This document shows, in pieces, positions 41,230-50,438 of a stretch of 64,000 bases of DNA. The first letter of the stretch is position 1. Each line of letters begins with the position of its first letter. Below the pieces are notes generated by a model. The model searched no databases and was not told the origin of the DNA. It worked only from the letters and a program-made list of their open reading frames with translations. Origin of the DNA: Oscillospiraceae bacterium (GTDB lineage: Bacteria; Bacillota; Clostridia; Saccharofermentanales; Saccharofermentanaceae); NCBI GenBank assembly GCA_902782125.1, contig CACZMA010000003.1, forward strand, positions 87,429 to 151,428, given 5' to 3'. The position numbers and the translations under genes were made by a program.

Positions 41230-42618
41230 TCAGACACCGAATTCCTGAGCCCAGTATGTACCGTATGCTCCGTCTCCCGAGACGCAGTATGCAGCGCCCA
41301 TTGTCTTATAGTCGGGATTGAGCATGTTGGCTTTATGCGAAGGTGAATCGACCCAGGCCTGGAATACTTCAGATGCAGACTGCTGCCCGCACGCGATATT
41401 CTCACCGTACATTATCGAAGAATTGACAGTCCACCATTCGGATCCGTCAGGTCTGATGTGCGCCATGTTCTGATCGTCCGAGGCGTAAGGAAGTTCTGCC
41501 GCCCTTACGTTGGCGCAGCTCGCGAGGTCATCGCTCCATGACAGAGGAGCAAGACCGTTCTCGGCACGCAGATCGTTAACCATCGCAAGAAGGCTTCCGG
41601 CTTCGGTATTGGGTGCCGTATTGTTGGCAACGTCAGCGCTCGGAGCCTGCGGTGCAGGCGTCGTCGAAGCATCAGATGAAGAAGATGACGAAGAACCGCT
41701 GCTGCCCGATCCGCCGCTGCCTGAACCGTCGTCAGGCGCAGATTCATCACCGGTACCGCTCTGTTCTTCCGGCATTACCTCCGACAGCAGATCCGCCTTG
41801 AGGTAGTAGATGTTGCTTGCAAACTCGAGCTGTGCCCAGCCGTCATCGCTGAATGCCAGGACGTTGACCATCGTTCCGCTGTCAGCAGCATAAGAACCGG
41901 AAGTCTCTGCGGAAGGCAGATTACGGAGCTGCGTTGTCTCATCTATGAGATAGAATTTGCCGCCGGGAACGGGACTGAAGAACTTGCATCCGACAAGATC
42001 GCCGTCTTCTCCGGCCGAAGAGGAGACTATGTCTTCAGGCAGATACAGATCCTCGTCGTTCCAGTCCTCAGGCCTGATAGTCGGTACCAGATTCTTTGCC
42101 ACCACGTATTTGACACCATCGTCATATACGGCTGCCCAGCCGTTATCGGAGATCGCTACTACCTGGATGATCCTTCCGGCCTCCAATACACCGGTATATT
42201 CTGCATATTCGCTGGGGTATCTGTATGACTCCGTGTCCTGAATGAACACATAAAAACTGTTCTCTTCATCAAGCTTTGTGAAGCAGACCGTCTCGCCGGT
42301 ATACAGAGGCATTGTATTGGAGCTGCCGCCCTTGCTGCCGTCTTCCATTCCCGGATTGATTACATCAACACTGAGATTCTTAACGCCCTTGACGACCTCT
42401 TCGGGAGCAGGGACTTCGACCTGAGTCTCTTCTACAGGTCTGGTCGCCACGTCAGGAAGCATCGTCGCCCTGACATTCTTCTCGGCCAGCTGCGGTATGA
42501 CGATATATCCGTACATGCAGCAGCACAATACGAATGTGATAAACATCATTCCCGTCGCAAGAGCAGTCAGACTGCTATGCTTCTTTTTCCCATCTTGTCT
42601 CTTATCTTCTGACATCAA
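41230..42618 (-). CDS. Membrane-anchored CAP/SCP-domain protein with SH3-like modules
   Basis: TM helix, Ser/Gly-rich linker, C-terminal VNDLRAENGL, GENIACG, WVDSPSHKANML, YWAQEF. Confidence 0.88.
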   Translation of the reverse strand: MMSEDKRQDGKKKHSSLTALATGMMFITFVLCCCMYGYIVIPQLAEKNVRATMLPDVATRPVEETQVEVPAPEEVVKGVKNLSVDVINPGMEDGSKGGSSNTMPLYTGETVCFTKLDEENSFYVFIQDTESYRYPSEYAEYTGVLEAGRIIQVVAISDNGWAAVYDDGVKYVVAKNLVPTIRPEDWNDEDLYLPEDIVSSSAGEDGDLVGCKFFSPVPGGKFYLIDETTQLRNLPSAETSGSYAADSGTMVNVLAFSDDGWAQLEFASNIYYLKADLLSEVMPEEQSGTGDESAPDDGSGSGGSGSSGSSSSSSSDASTTPAPQAPSADVANNTAPNTEAGSLLAMVNDLRAENGLAPLSWSDDLASCANVRAAELPYASDDQNMAHIRPDGSEWWTVNSSIMYGENIACGQQSASEVFQAWVDSPSHKANMLNPDYKTMGAAYCVSGDGAYGTYWAQEFGV

Positions 42619-42718
42619 TTATTCCCTCTATGATGCATTCAGCAGATTGAGATAATAATACACCTGATAAGTGTATCGGTGTACCTAAAAAAACCGCCTC
42701 ATGGTGCCAAGGATCCTG

Positions 42719-42747
42719 TTGACATAGTAGCGATTGTGTACTATCAT
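42719..42747 (+). promoter_or_regulatory. Sigma-A-like promoter upstream of the 42861 gene
   Basis: TTGACA-17 nt-TATCAT. A second candidate, TCGACA-17 nt-TATTAT, lies nearer the ATG. Confidence 0.5.
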
Positions 42748-42860
42748 GCAGAAGATAATAAGTATGTAATTAGGATTAACTATCCGTGACCGTCGTTTGT
42801 CAAATAAAATCGACATTTGCGCGGCTCTTTGCTATTATAGGATGCATTGGAGGTAAGGAT

Positions 42861-44486
42861 ATGAATAAGAAAGTATTGATCATTGCCGGCTGTGCAGTCG
42901 GCGTCCTTGCGTTAGCAGGCGGAATAACGGCAGCCATCATACTGAACACACCGGAGTCTCTCCTTGTTCGCGCGGCTGCAAACACGGCAAAGGATATCAG
43001 GAATCTTGAATGGTATAAGCTGATGGACGATGTTGCCAACGGCGGCTCTGTAGAGATATCTGCAAATCTCGCTCCCGTAATGGAAGACGGAGATGACCTT
43101 TACGTCGATGCTAAGTTCTACGAAGATGCTTCCAAGGGTAACGGTGCCTTAGTTGTCAGCGCCCTTGACGAAGATAAGGAAACCATCGTATCGTTCAATG
43201 CCGCATATGACAAGAATGCCCTTACTCTGAGCTGCCCCGAAGCAGATGATGAAGTATACGGCTTCGATCTTAAGAACATCGAGGATAATATAGAGGACTC
43301 ACCTTTTGATCCCGAGAACTATGATCCGTATGATTACAGCAATTATGATTCCAACAGCTATAAGTATGCCATTTTCGGACAGTATCTTATGAACCTCGGC
43401 TCCAACATTGAGGGCGACACCAAGATACAGAGCATGGCAGAGAAGCTCGAAGAGAAATACCGTAATCTCTTCATCAAGGAGCTCGTCGCAAATTCTGACG
43501 TAACCAAGAGCTCTGAGACGGTCACCTGCGGATCCGATAAGATCTCATGCAATGTCGTAACAGTCGAATTCGATGAAGAGCAGCTCGGCGATATCATGCT
43601 GAATATCATTGAATATGCGCAGGACGATAAGGAACTCGAAGAATACATCGAACTGCTCGCAGCAAATGCCGATAACGACAATCTGGATCTCGCTGATGAA
43701 TTCTACGATGAGCTGGATGATCTTGAAGATGAGATCGAAGAAGATATGAGCGATGCAGAGCTTGATTTCTGTGCAAAGTTCTATATCTCCAAGTCCGGAA
43801 CAAAGTTTGTAAAGGCGGAGATCGAGGCCGAGGCCGTTACTTCTGACGAATATTACGGAGAGGAGACTTCGAACGTGAGCATCTCACTCGAACTCGGAAA
43901 GAATCTCGACGGTGTCGGAGAGAAGTCACTTACGGTCGAGACTGAAGTAACCCGCGATGGCTACAACGATTCGGGACTAGTAGAGCTCAGCTATGAGATA
44001 GAGCAGAACGACAGCAAAGCTTATGCTGCAACACTGACTCTCTCGACAGAAGATTCGACGTCCTGGGACGACGGCTATGATCCTTATGAGCATCAAAACG
44101 AATTTACCCTCGAATTCAACTGGGATAAGAAGAGCGGCGACCTTACGATCGAATACGAAAGCGAGAAACAAGAGTGGCAGGACTCAGCGCCCTACTTCAT
44201 TCTCGAAGCCAACATGCTCGATAACGGCGATACGCGTACGATCATCCTGGAAGACATGGAATATGAGAGCGGATACTCGTATGACTATCAGGATGATGAT
44301 GATCCGTTTAATAATATCGGAGATTTCGAGTTCACCATCGTTCTTGACCGTAACGATAAGGCTCCTGCTCCGGCAAAGGACTTTACCGAGCTGACAGAAC
44401 TTGATGAAGACGAGATCGATGAGATCCTGGAAGACATTGACAAAGAGATCGAAGCCATCTGGGAGGATATGGATTACGATTTCTGA
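42861..44486 (+). CDS. Very acidic membrane-anchored hypothetical surface protein
   Basis: ATG 42861 after GGAGG, N-terminal TM helix, D/E/Y-rich body, terminator follows. Confidence 0.75.
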   Translation: MNKKVLIIAGCAVGVLALAGGITAAIILNTPESLLVRAAANTAKDIRNLEWYKLMDDVANGGSVEISANLAPVMEDGDDLYVDAKFYEDASKGNGALVVSALDEDKETIVSFNAAYDKNALTLSCPEADDEVYGFDLKNIEDNIEDSPFDPENYDPYDYSNYDSNSYKYAIFGQYLMNLGSNIEGDTKIQSMAEKLEEKYRNLFIKELVANSDVTKSSETVTCGSDKISCNVVTVEFDEEQLGDIMLNIIEYAQDDKELEEYIELLAANADNDNLDLADEFYDELDDLEDEIEEDMSDAELDFCAKFYISKSGTKFVKAEIEAEAVTSDEYYGEETSNVSISLELGKNLDGVGEKSLTVETEVTRDGYNDSGLVELSYEIEQNDSKAYAATLTLSTEDSTSWDDGYDPYEHQNEFTLEFNWDKKSGDLTIEYESEKQEWQDSAPYFILEANMLDNGDTRTIILEDMEYESGYSYDYQDDDDPFNNIGDFEFTIVLDRNDKAPAPAKDFTELTELDEDEIDEILEDIDKEIEAIWEDMDYDF

Positions 44487-44509
44487 TCTGACCTTTGATC
44501 TGACTTATG

Positions 44510-44539
44510 AGCCCCGGACCTGACGGTTCGGGGCTTTTT
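44510..44539 (+). terminator. Intrinsic terminator
   Basis: AGCCCCGGACC-tgac-GGTTCGGGGCT followed by TTTT. Confidence 0.8.
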
Positions 44540-44666
44540 ATCGCCAGGTCAAAATTGAATGCATTTTTTTAATCAATTATTGTAATTGTCTTTATAGGAA
44601 TTTATAATTTATTAGCTTAAAGTCGATGCGTCTATGCATCGGTAATCCAACACAAAGGGGTGCCCA

Positions 44667-45794
44667 ATGAAGAAAGTTCTGGTTTGCAAGGAGAACCTGC
44701 CGGCCGAGACACGTGTGGCCCTGATCCCTGATGACATCAAGAAGCTCTCAGGTATGGGATTCGAATTCACGGTTGTATCCGGAGCAGGACAGAAGAGCGG
44801 CTTTGAAGACTCTTCCTACGAAGCCGTCGGCGCTAAGATCGTCTCCAAAGAAGAAGACGGATATCAAGATGCCGACATCATCGTAAGGATCTTAAAGCCT
44901 GAGACATCGAAAGGAATGAAGCCTGATACGCTTCATGTCAGTTTCCTCGATCCCTTCAACGAGAAGGCGCTCCTCAAGGAATTCGCAGATAATCAGATCC
45001 AGGCAGTATCTCTCGAGATGATCCCGAGGACCACCCTGGCCCAGAAGATGGATGTTCAGTCCTCACAGACTTCACTCGCAGGTTATGTCGCAGTTCTCAA
45101 TGCTGCCACAAGACTTCCCAAGATCCTGCCTATGATGGTTACCCCTGCAGGTAACATCAACCCCGCGAGATGCTTCATCATCGGCGTAGGCGTTGCAGGC
45201 CTTCAGGCTATCGCTACCGCGAAGAGACTCGGTGCAAGAGTTGATGCTTTCGATACGAGACCGGTCGTAGAAGAGCAGGTAAAGTCCCTCGGCGCCAACT
45301 TCGTTAAGATCGACCTCGGCGATATGGGACAGACCTCACAGGGTTATGCCAAGGAGCTTACCCCCGAGCAGATCGCAAAGCAGCAGGAAGCTCAGGCAAA
45401 GGTATGCGAGAAGGCTAACATCGTCATCACGACGGCGAAAGTTTTCGGAAGGAAGGCTCCGCTCCTCATCAAGAAGGACGTCCTCGACCGCATGCAGCCC
45501 GGCGCAGTCATCGTAGACATGGCGGTTGCCACGGGCGGTAACGTTGAAGGTTCTTCCCCTGACCATGAGGTCATCACGGATAACGGCGTCATCATCCTCC
45601 CCGGCGACGAGCTTCAGCGCCAGGTACCGTGGGACGCTTCCAAGATGCTGTCCGGCAACATCTCCGCGTTCCTCACGCATTTCTACAACAAAGAGACCAA
45701 GGAATTCGAGGTCAACCTCGAAGACGAGATAATGAAGGGCTGCCTGCTTACAAAGGGCGGCGCCATCATCCACGAAAGATTCAAGGAGGCATAA
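44667..45794 (+). CDS. pntAA: NAD(P) transhydrogenase alpha subunit, soluble domain I
   Basis: ETRVALIP, EMIPRTTLAQKMDV, GVGVAGLQAI, DMAVATGGNV. Confidence 0.93.
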   Translation: MKKVLVCKENLPAETRVALIPDDIKKLSGMGFEFTVVSGAGQKSGFEDSSYEAVGAKIVSKEEDGYQDADIIVRILKPETSKGMKPDTLHVSFLDPFNEKALLKEFADNQIQAVSLEMIPRTTLAQKMDVQSSQTSLAGYVAVLNAATRLPKILPMMVTPAGNINPARCFIIGVGVAGLQAIATAKRLGARVDAFDTRPVVEEQVKSLGANFVKIDLGDMGQTSQGYAKELTPEQIAKQQEAQAKVCEKANIVITTAKVFGRKAPLLIKKDVLDRMQPGAVIVDMAVATGGNVEGSSPDHEVITDNGVIILPGDELQRQVPWDASKMLSGNISAFLTHFYNKETKEFEVNLEDEIMKGCLLTKGGAIIHERFKEA

Positions 45795-45796
45795 TA

Positions 45797-46102
45797 ATGG
45801 ACGGACAGACAATTATGCTGCTGATATTCGTTTTCATCATCGCAGCTTTCCTCGGAGTCGAACTTATCTCCAAGGTTCCCTCCCAGCTTCATACTCCGCT
45901 CATGAGCGGTACCAACGCCATCTCCGGCATCACGATCGTCGGTGCCATCGCGGCTTGCGCTATCAACGTAGATAACCATGTCTTCGGCATGATCCTCGGC
46001 GGCATCGCCATCCTCTTTGCCACCATCAACGTCATCGGCGGCTACTTCGTAACCGACAGGATGCTCGCAATGTTCAAGAAGAAGGAGGATAAGAAGAAAT
46101 AA
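45797..46102 (+). CDS. pntAB: NAD(P) transhydrogenase alpha subunit, membrane part
   Basis: LHTPLMSGTNAISG and NVIGGYFVTDRML. ATG 45797 after GGAGG. Confidence 0.93.
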   Translation: MDGQTIMLLIFVFIIAAFLGVELISKVPSQLHTPLMSGTNAISGITIVGAIAACAINVDNHVFGMILGGIAILFATINVIGGYFVTDRMLAMFKKKEDKKK

Positions 46103-47520
46103 TGGAATTCATAGATTTTTTCTGCATCTTCCTTTACATGATCGCGAGCGTGCTCTTCATCATGGGCATCAAGAAGCTCGGAAAGGCAGATTCTGCCCGT
46201 AAGGGTAACCTGATGTCCTCCATCGGTATGGGCATCGCCGTTCTCTCCGTCCTCATCTCACAGGATGTCTTCGACGGAGGCGTGATCGCTTACGTTATCA
46301 TCATCCTTGCCATCATCGCAGGATCCGTTATCGGCTTCATCTGGGCCAAGAAGGTCGAGATGACCGGTATGCCTCAGCTCGTTGCACTCTTCAACGGCTT
46401 CGGCGGTCTGTCATCAATGCTCGTTGCTATCTCCCAGTACTGCGCGCTCAGCGGCGGCTCTGACGCGGTAGGAACAGACGCATTCACATCACTGACTCTG
46501 GGTCTCACGATCCTCATCGGTGCTGTTGCATTCACGGGTTCAATCATCGCCTGGGGCAAGCTCGCAGGCCTCAAGATGTTCAAGAAGAACATCTCCATCC
46601 CCGGCAAGAACTTCATCAACGCAGGCATTACTTTCGTTGCTGTCCTCGGAATCATCTTCTACATGATCGATCCTGAAGGCGGTCTCGGTATTGCAGGCAT
46701 CATCATCACGACAGTCGCTTCACTCGTCCTCGGTGTAACACTCGTTATTACCATCGGCGGTGGCGATATGCCGGTAATCATCTCATTCCTGAATGCACTG
46801 TCAGGTCTCGCTGCTGCTTTCGCAGGCTTCCCTATCGGCAACACGGTACTTATCGTATCCGGCTGTCTCGTAGGCGCTTCCGGCGTCATCCTTACGCTCA
46901 TCATGTGCAAGGCAATGAACAAGAGCTTTGCATCCCTCCTCTTCAAGACAGTCAAGAAGAAGGCATCTGCCGCTACCGGCGAGCACAAGGAGCCCAAGGC
47001 AATGTCCGTCGAGGATGCATTCCTTATCCTCGAGGCTGCAAAGAGCGTCGTTATCGTACCGGGTTACGGTATGGCTGTTGCCCAGGCTCAGCATGCTGTT
47101 AAGGAACTCTGCGACGTGCTCGAAGACAACGGCTGCGAAGTCAACTTCGCGATCCACCCCGTTGCAGGCCGTATGCCCGGTCACATGAACGTTCTCCTCG
47201 CTGAGGCTAACGTTCCTTACGAGCAGCTCAAGACATCCGACGAACTCAATCCTCAGATGGCAAATACCGATATCGCCATCGTCATCGGCGCCAACGACGT
47301 TGTTAACCCTGCGGCTATCAACGACGAGAGCTCACCGCTGTACGGCATGCCTATCGTAAATGCTTACGAGGCACGCACGGTATTCGTCCTCAAGAGAGGT
47401 CAGGGTACAGGCTTCTCCGGCATCGAGAACCCGTTGTTCACGATGGACAACACCGTCATGATCTACGGCGATGCTAAGCAGACTGTATCGCAGCTGGTTG
47501 TTGAGTTCGAGAACGACTGA
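46102..47520 (+). CDS. pntB: NAD(P) transhydrogenase beta subunit
   Basis: MTGMPQLVALFNGFGG, GGGDMPVIIS, VPGYGMAVAQ, HPVAGRMPGHMNVLLAEA, GDAK. TAATG coupling to pntAB. Confidence 0.96.
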   Translation: MEFIDFFCIFLYMIASVLFIMGIKKLGKADSARKGNLMSSIGMGIAVLSVLISQDVFDGGVIAYVIIILAIIAGSVIGFIWAKKVEMTGMPQLVALFNGFGGLSSMLVAISQYCALSGGSDAVGTDAFTSLTLGLTILIGAVAFTGSIIAWGKLAGLKMFKKNISIPGKNFINAGITFVAVLGIIFYMIDPEGGLGIAGIIITTVASLVLGVTLVITIGGGDMPVIISFLNALSGLAAAFAGFPIGNTVLIVSGCLVGASGVILTLIMCKAMNKSFASLLFKTVKKKASAATGEHKEPKAMSVEDAFLILEAAKSVVIVPGYGMAVAQAQHAVKELCDVLEDNGCEVNFAIHPVAGRMPGHMNVLLAEANVPYEQLKTSDELNPQMANTDIAIVIGANDVVNPAAINDESSPLYGMPIVNAYEARTVFVLKRGQGTGFSGIENPLFTMDNTVMIYGDAKQTVSQLVVEFEND

Positions 47521-47542
47521 TAACTGTCAGACAAAAACAATT

Positions 47543-47572
47543 AAGGGTGCTCACAATGTGGGCACCCTTTTT
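47543..47572 (+). terminator. Intrinsic terminator of the pnt operon
   Basis: AAGGGTGCTCAC-aat-GTGGGCACCCTT followed by TTT. Confidence 0.85.
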
Positions 47573-47600
47573 ATATGAAATTGGTTTAACTCCTGCCTGA

Positions 47601-47672
47601 GAGTGAACGCTGTGCGAGCGGACTTCCGCACAAGCGAAGCGCGGAGGACTATAGCGAGCATAACGTTCACTC
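47601..47672. repeat. 72-nt structured palindromic element (REP-like)
   Basis: 9-bp terminal inverted repeat GAGTGAACG/CGTTCACTC, inner stems TGTGC/GCATA and CTTCCGC/GCGGAGG, three GCGA motifs. Confidence 0.5.
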
Positions 47673-47676
47673 GAGT

Positions 47677-48705
47677 TTAATTGAAGTTATAGAATTTCTG
47701 TGCGAGCTTATAAGCGCTCAAAGACATCAGTCTGCCGCTCTTGCCCGGCAATGTCATTATCGTGCCGCAGATTCCAAAGCGGAACTTGGTATAGAGCATC
47801 TTATCCCTGGCAATATATTCGAGGAGCGCAGTCCTCTTGTCGATAGCTTCGCGGCTTCCGTCAAGAAGGAGGAGCACCATTGAGACCGTGGTGATGATCT
47901 CGAGATAGTTGTACAGATACTGTGCGCGGCGCTTGTTCTTCTTGATCTCGCTCTTATTGGTTATATAGAAATCCAGCATGCGGTAATTGACCGACAGCTG
48001 CTGGTCTACACGCTTTACCATTACCGACTCGTTGACGGACTGGTCTTCTCTGCCGATGAAGTAGTAATAGAAGTTGACGTTAAGATAATACATGCGCTCG
48101 ACATGGAGGAGCGGCTCGAATACGAAGATGTTATCGACATAGAAGGTGTGTCTGGGAAGCTTGAGGTCCATATCGCGGAGGATCTGGGTCCTGAAGATCA
48201 CCGAATGCATCAGCATATAGTCACCCGGCTTAAAGTGGGATGTGATCTCCCAGTCGAAGACGAAGTTCTGAGGCATGATGCCTTCGAATGACATTACCTT
48301 CTTCTTATCATCTGCCACACCGACCTTGTCGTAAACGAAGTTGGATATGAGCATATCGATCGGGGTGTCTTCGGTGGTGAAATACTTAAGCGTATCAAGG
48401 ACCTTGAGAAGAGCATCCTCTCCGACCTTGTCGTCACTGTCTACGACCTTGAAGTACATGCCTGTGGCATTCTCCATGCCTGCATTGACTGCAGCGCCGT
48501 GGCCGCCGTTAGACTGATGGATCGCCTTGACAATCGTAGGATACTTGGCAGCATAATCGTCTGCTATCTTCGCAGTGTCATCAGAAGAACCGTCGTCAAC
48601 GATGATTATCTCGATGTCCTCGCCGCCGGGAAGAAGTGATTCGACGGCATTGGACATGTATTCGGCTGAATTATAACAGGGAACCGTTACGCTCAGTATC
48701 TTCAT
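47677..48705 (-). CDS. Glycosyltransferase family 2
   Basis: VTVPCYNS, VDDGSSD, NGGHGAAVN, KVVDSDD. Confidence 0.92.
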   Translation of the reverse strand: MKILSVTVPCYNSAEYMSNAVESLLPGGEDIEIIIVDDGSSDDTAKIADDYAAKYPTIVKAIHQSNGGHGAAVNAGMENATGMYFKVVDSDDKVGEDALLKVLDTLKYFTTEDTPIDMLISNFVYDKVGVADDKKKVMSFEGIMPQNFVFDWEITSHFKPGDYMLMHSVIFRTQILRDMDLKLPRHTFYVDNIFVFEPLLHVERMYYLNVNFYYYFIGREDQSVNESVMVKRVDQQLSVNYRMLDFYITNKSEIKKNKRRAQYLYNYLEIITTVSMVLLLLDGSREAIDKRTALLEYIARDKMLYTKFRFGICGTIMTLPGKSGRLMSLSAYKLAQKFYNFN

Positions 48706-48924
48706 AGCGCATTCCCCGTTCGTGTGTATTTCCCTTTTATATTCAAGGCATTACAGCCGTTGACAAACATATAACCTCAACCACCCGTGATTGTAGTGCT
48801 TATATTATATATATTAGAAAACATTTTGACATACAAAGTTTGTGGCTAAAGAGGGGAATTTTGACATTTATTTTCCCCATTTCCTACAAAAAACGGCATA
48901 AGCCGCCCCGGTCCGGGACGGGAA

Positions 48925-48960
48925 CAAAAACAAATGCCGGAGCAGCTCTTTTGCCCCGGC
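48925..48960 (-). terminator. Terminator of the serpin gene
   Basis: Minus strand GCCGGGGCA-aaagagc-TGCTCCGGC followed by ATTTGTTTTT. Confidence 0.65.
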
Positions 48961-49000
48961 ACTTATATAACACTGTTACAAACCGCTCTGTTGCAAGGAA

Positions 49001-50305
49001 TCAGCCGACTGAGTTGACCGTGCCGACGAAGATGGGATTCATCGTCTCAACATCTACGATCGCATAAGCAAACGACCTGTCGCAGAATACTTCATAATAC
49101 TCTACGGGCTCGGGCTCACATGCCATAGCTCCGTCAACCATGACTGCGGTGACTGCTGCTGCCTTTGTTCCGTTACGGTCTACCTCGATAAATGTCTTAT
49201 GAAGTACCTTTGAGATGGACAGTTTTGTCTCTGTGGTAATACCGGTAAAATCTGCGCTGTTTTCATCAAATGCATCCTCTATTCCCAGGTCCTTGAGAAC
49301 ATCGTTGATCGTGATCTCATATTCAGATGTGAACTCGGGGATCTTGGTTGATACTTCACAGCCGTACTTCGCGCTGCTTATGAACTCGATATAGTCCTCT
49401 CCGGAGAAGGAACCGATGAACTCGTTCGCACTGATGCTCTCATCCGAAGGAAGGATAGCTACGAAAGCATACTCGCCGCCCTCATAGTACTTCATGAAGC
49501 CTGTTGCCTTATCGCTCTCGAAGTAGACGGACTCCATGCCGTTCAGGAATGTTACCGTCTCGCTCGAGCCGGAAGAAGCGGTGAACTCGCCGTCTTCCAC
49601 CTGGTAATCTTCATAAGCATCAGCCCACTCGCCTTCAAATGCGATGGCATTAACGAGCACCATGGCAGTCTCAGGCTCAAGTTGGTCTATTATCTTATCT
49701 ATCATGCCGTTCGTGTTATCTTCAACCCATCCGTTGATCTCACCTGCCGTGTCGTCACTGAATTCTTCGACAGTGATCTCGGCATTGAACGTATCTTCCA
49801 CATAATCCACGAAATTGCTGCTAACCTTGTCTCCCAGGATGGTGCTGTTGTTCCAGATGGCATTGGCACAGGAGAACTCCACTCCCTCGGAATCGTTGAT
49901 CTTATCCATCATGGATGCCGCGAAAGCCTGCTGCTCAACAGCATCTCCGCCTTCGGAGAACGCATTGGTGATCTGATCCAGGGTATCGCCGTTTGCTCCG
50001 GCTGCTGCCAGATCCATGGCAAACATAATGGATGCGGGCGAGATCATGATGTTCTTGTCTTTGTCTTCATAGCCGGCCGTTGTTGACATGATGTCGAATG
50101 CGTACTTGTTGTAATCAGAGCTGTAGCTCTTCTCATCGTAGTCCGCATCCCTGACTTCATCGTAATCAAAAGCCGCCTCGGCCTTGGGGTCGTCTTCGAC
50201 CTTTACCTTCTTATCTTTCTTCCCGGGCATGCTGCAAGCCGTAAAGGACAGAAGCATCGCACCTGCGAGCGCACCACACATTACCTTCTTATCAAACACT
50301 TTCAT
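49001..50305 (-). CDS. Serpin (serine protease inhibitor), lipoprotein
   Basis: Lipobox LSFTAC, NIMISPASI, LVNAIAFEGEW, IPEFTSEY, HKTFIEVDRNGTKAAAVT hinge, DRSFAYAIVD...IFVG signature. Confidence 0.93.
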   Translation of the reverse strand: MKVFDKKVMCGALAGAMLLSFTACSMPGKKDKKVKVEDDPKAEAAFDYDEVRDADYDEKSYSSDYNKYAFDIMSTTAGYEDKDKNIMISPASIMFAMDLAAAGANGDTLDQITNAFSEGGDAVEQQAFAASMMDKINDSEGVEFSCANAIWNNSTILGDKVSSNFVDYVEDTFNAEITVEEFSDDTAGEINGWVEDNTNGMIDKIIDQLEPETAMVLVNAIAFEGEWADAYEDYQVEDGEFTASSGSSETVTFLNGMESVYFESDKATGFMKYYEGGEYAFVAILPSDESISANEFIGSFSGEDYIEFISSAKYGCEVSTKIPEFTSEYEITINDVLKDLGIEDAFDENSADFTGITTETKLSISKVLHKTFIEVDRNGTKAAAVTAVMVDGAMACEPEPVEYYEVFCDRSFAYAIVDVETMNPIFVGTVNSVG

Positions 50306-50337
50306 TTCTCATACCTCCTTGTTTGATCCTACCATAT

Positions 50338-50364
50338 ATACAGACTTAGTAGCAAAATGTTGCA
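50338..50364 (-). promoter_or_regulatory. Candidate ECF-sigma promoter of the serpin gene
   Basis: Minus strand TGCAACATTT-N9-GTCTGTAT, 32 nt before the ATG. Same motif as at 52875-52902. Confidence 0.7.
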
Positions 50365-50383
50365 AACTATCTTGCAAAAAAAT

Positions 50384-50413
50384 AAAAAGTTTCCCCAGAA
50401 TCTGAGGAAACCC
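50384..50413 (-). terminator. Intrinsic terminator between the Yip1-like gene and the serpin promoter
   Basis: Minus strand GTTTCCTCAG-att-CTGGGGAAAC followed by TTTTT. Confidence 0.75.
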
Positions 50414-50438
50414 TTTATCTGTAAGTGTTTGACGTCTG

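Noticed and set aside
44540-44666. Possible Rex operator upstream of pnt
   Set aside because: No TTGTGAA-N4-TTCACAA-like match. Only weak AT-rich dyads and a short CGATGC/GCATCG hairpin are present.
48706-48925. Hairpins upstream of GT2, considered as a riboswitch
   Set aside because: No recognisable aptamer consensus (c-di-GMP, preQ1, SAM, TPP). Tandem terminators after the serpin explain them.
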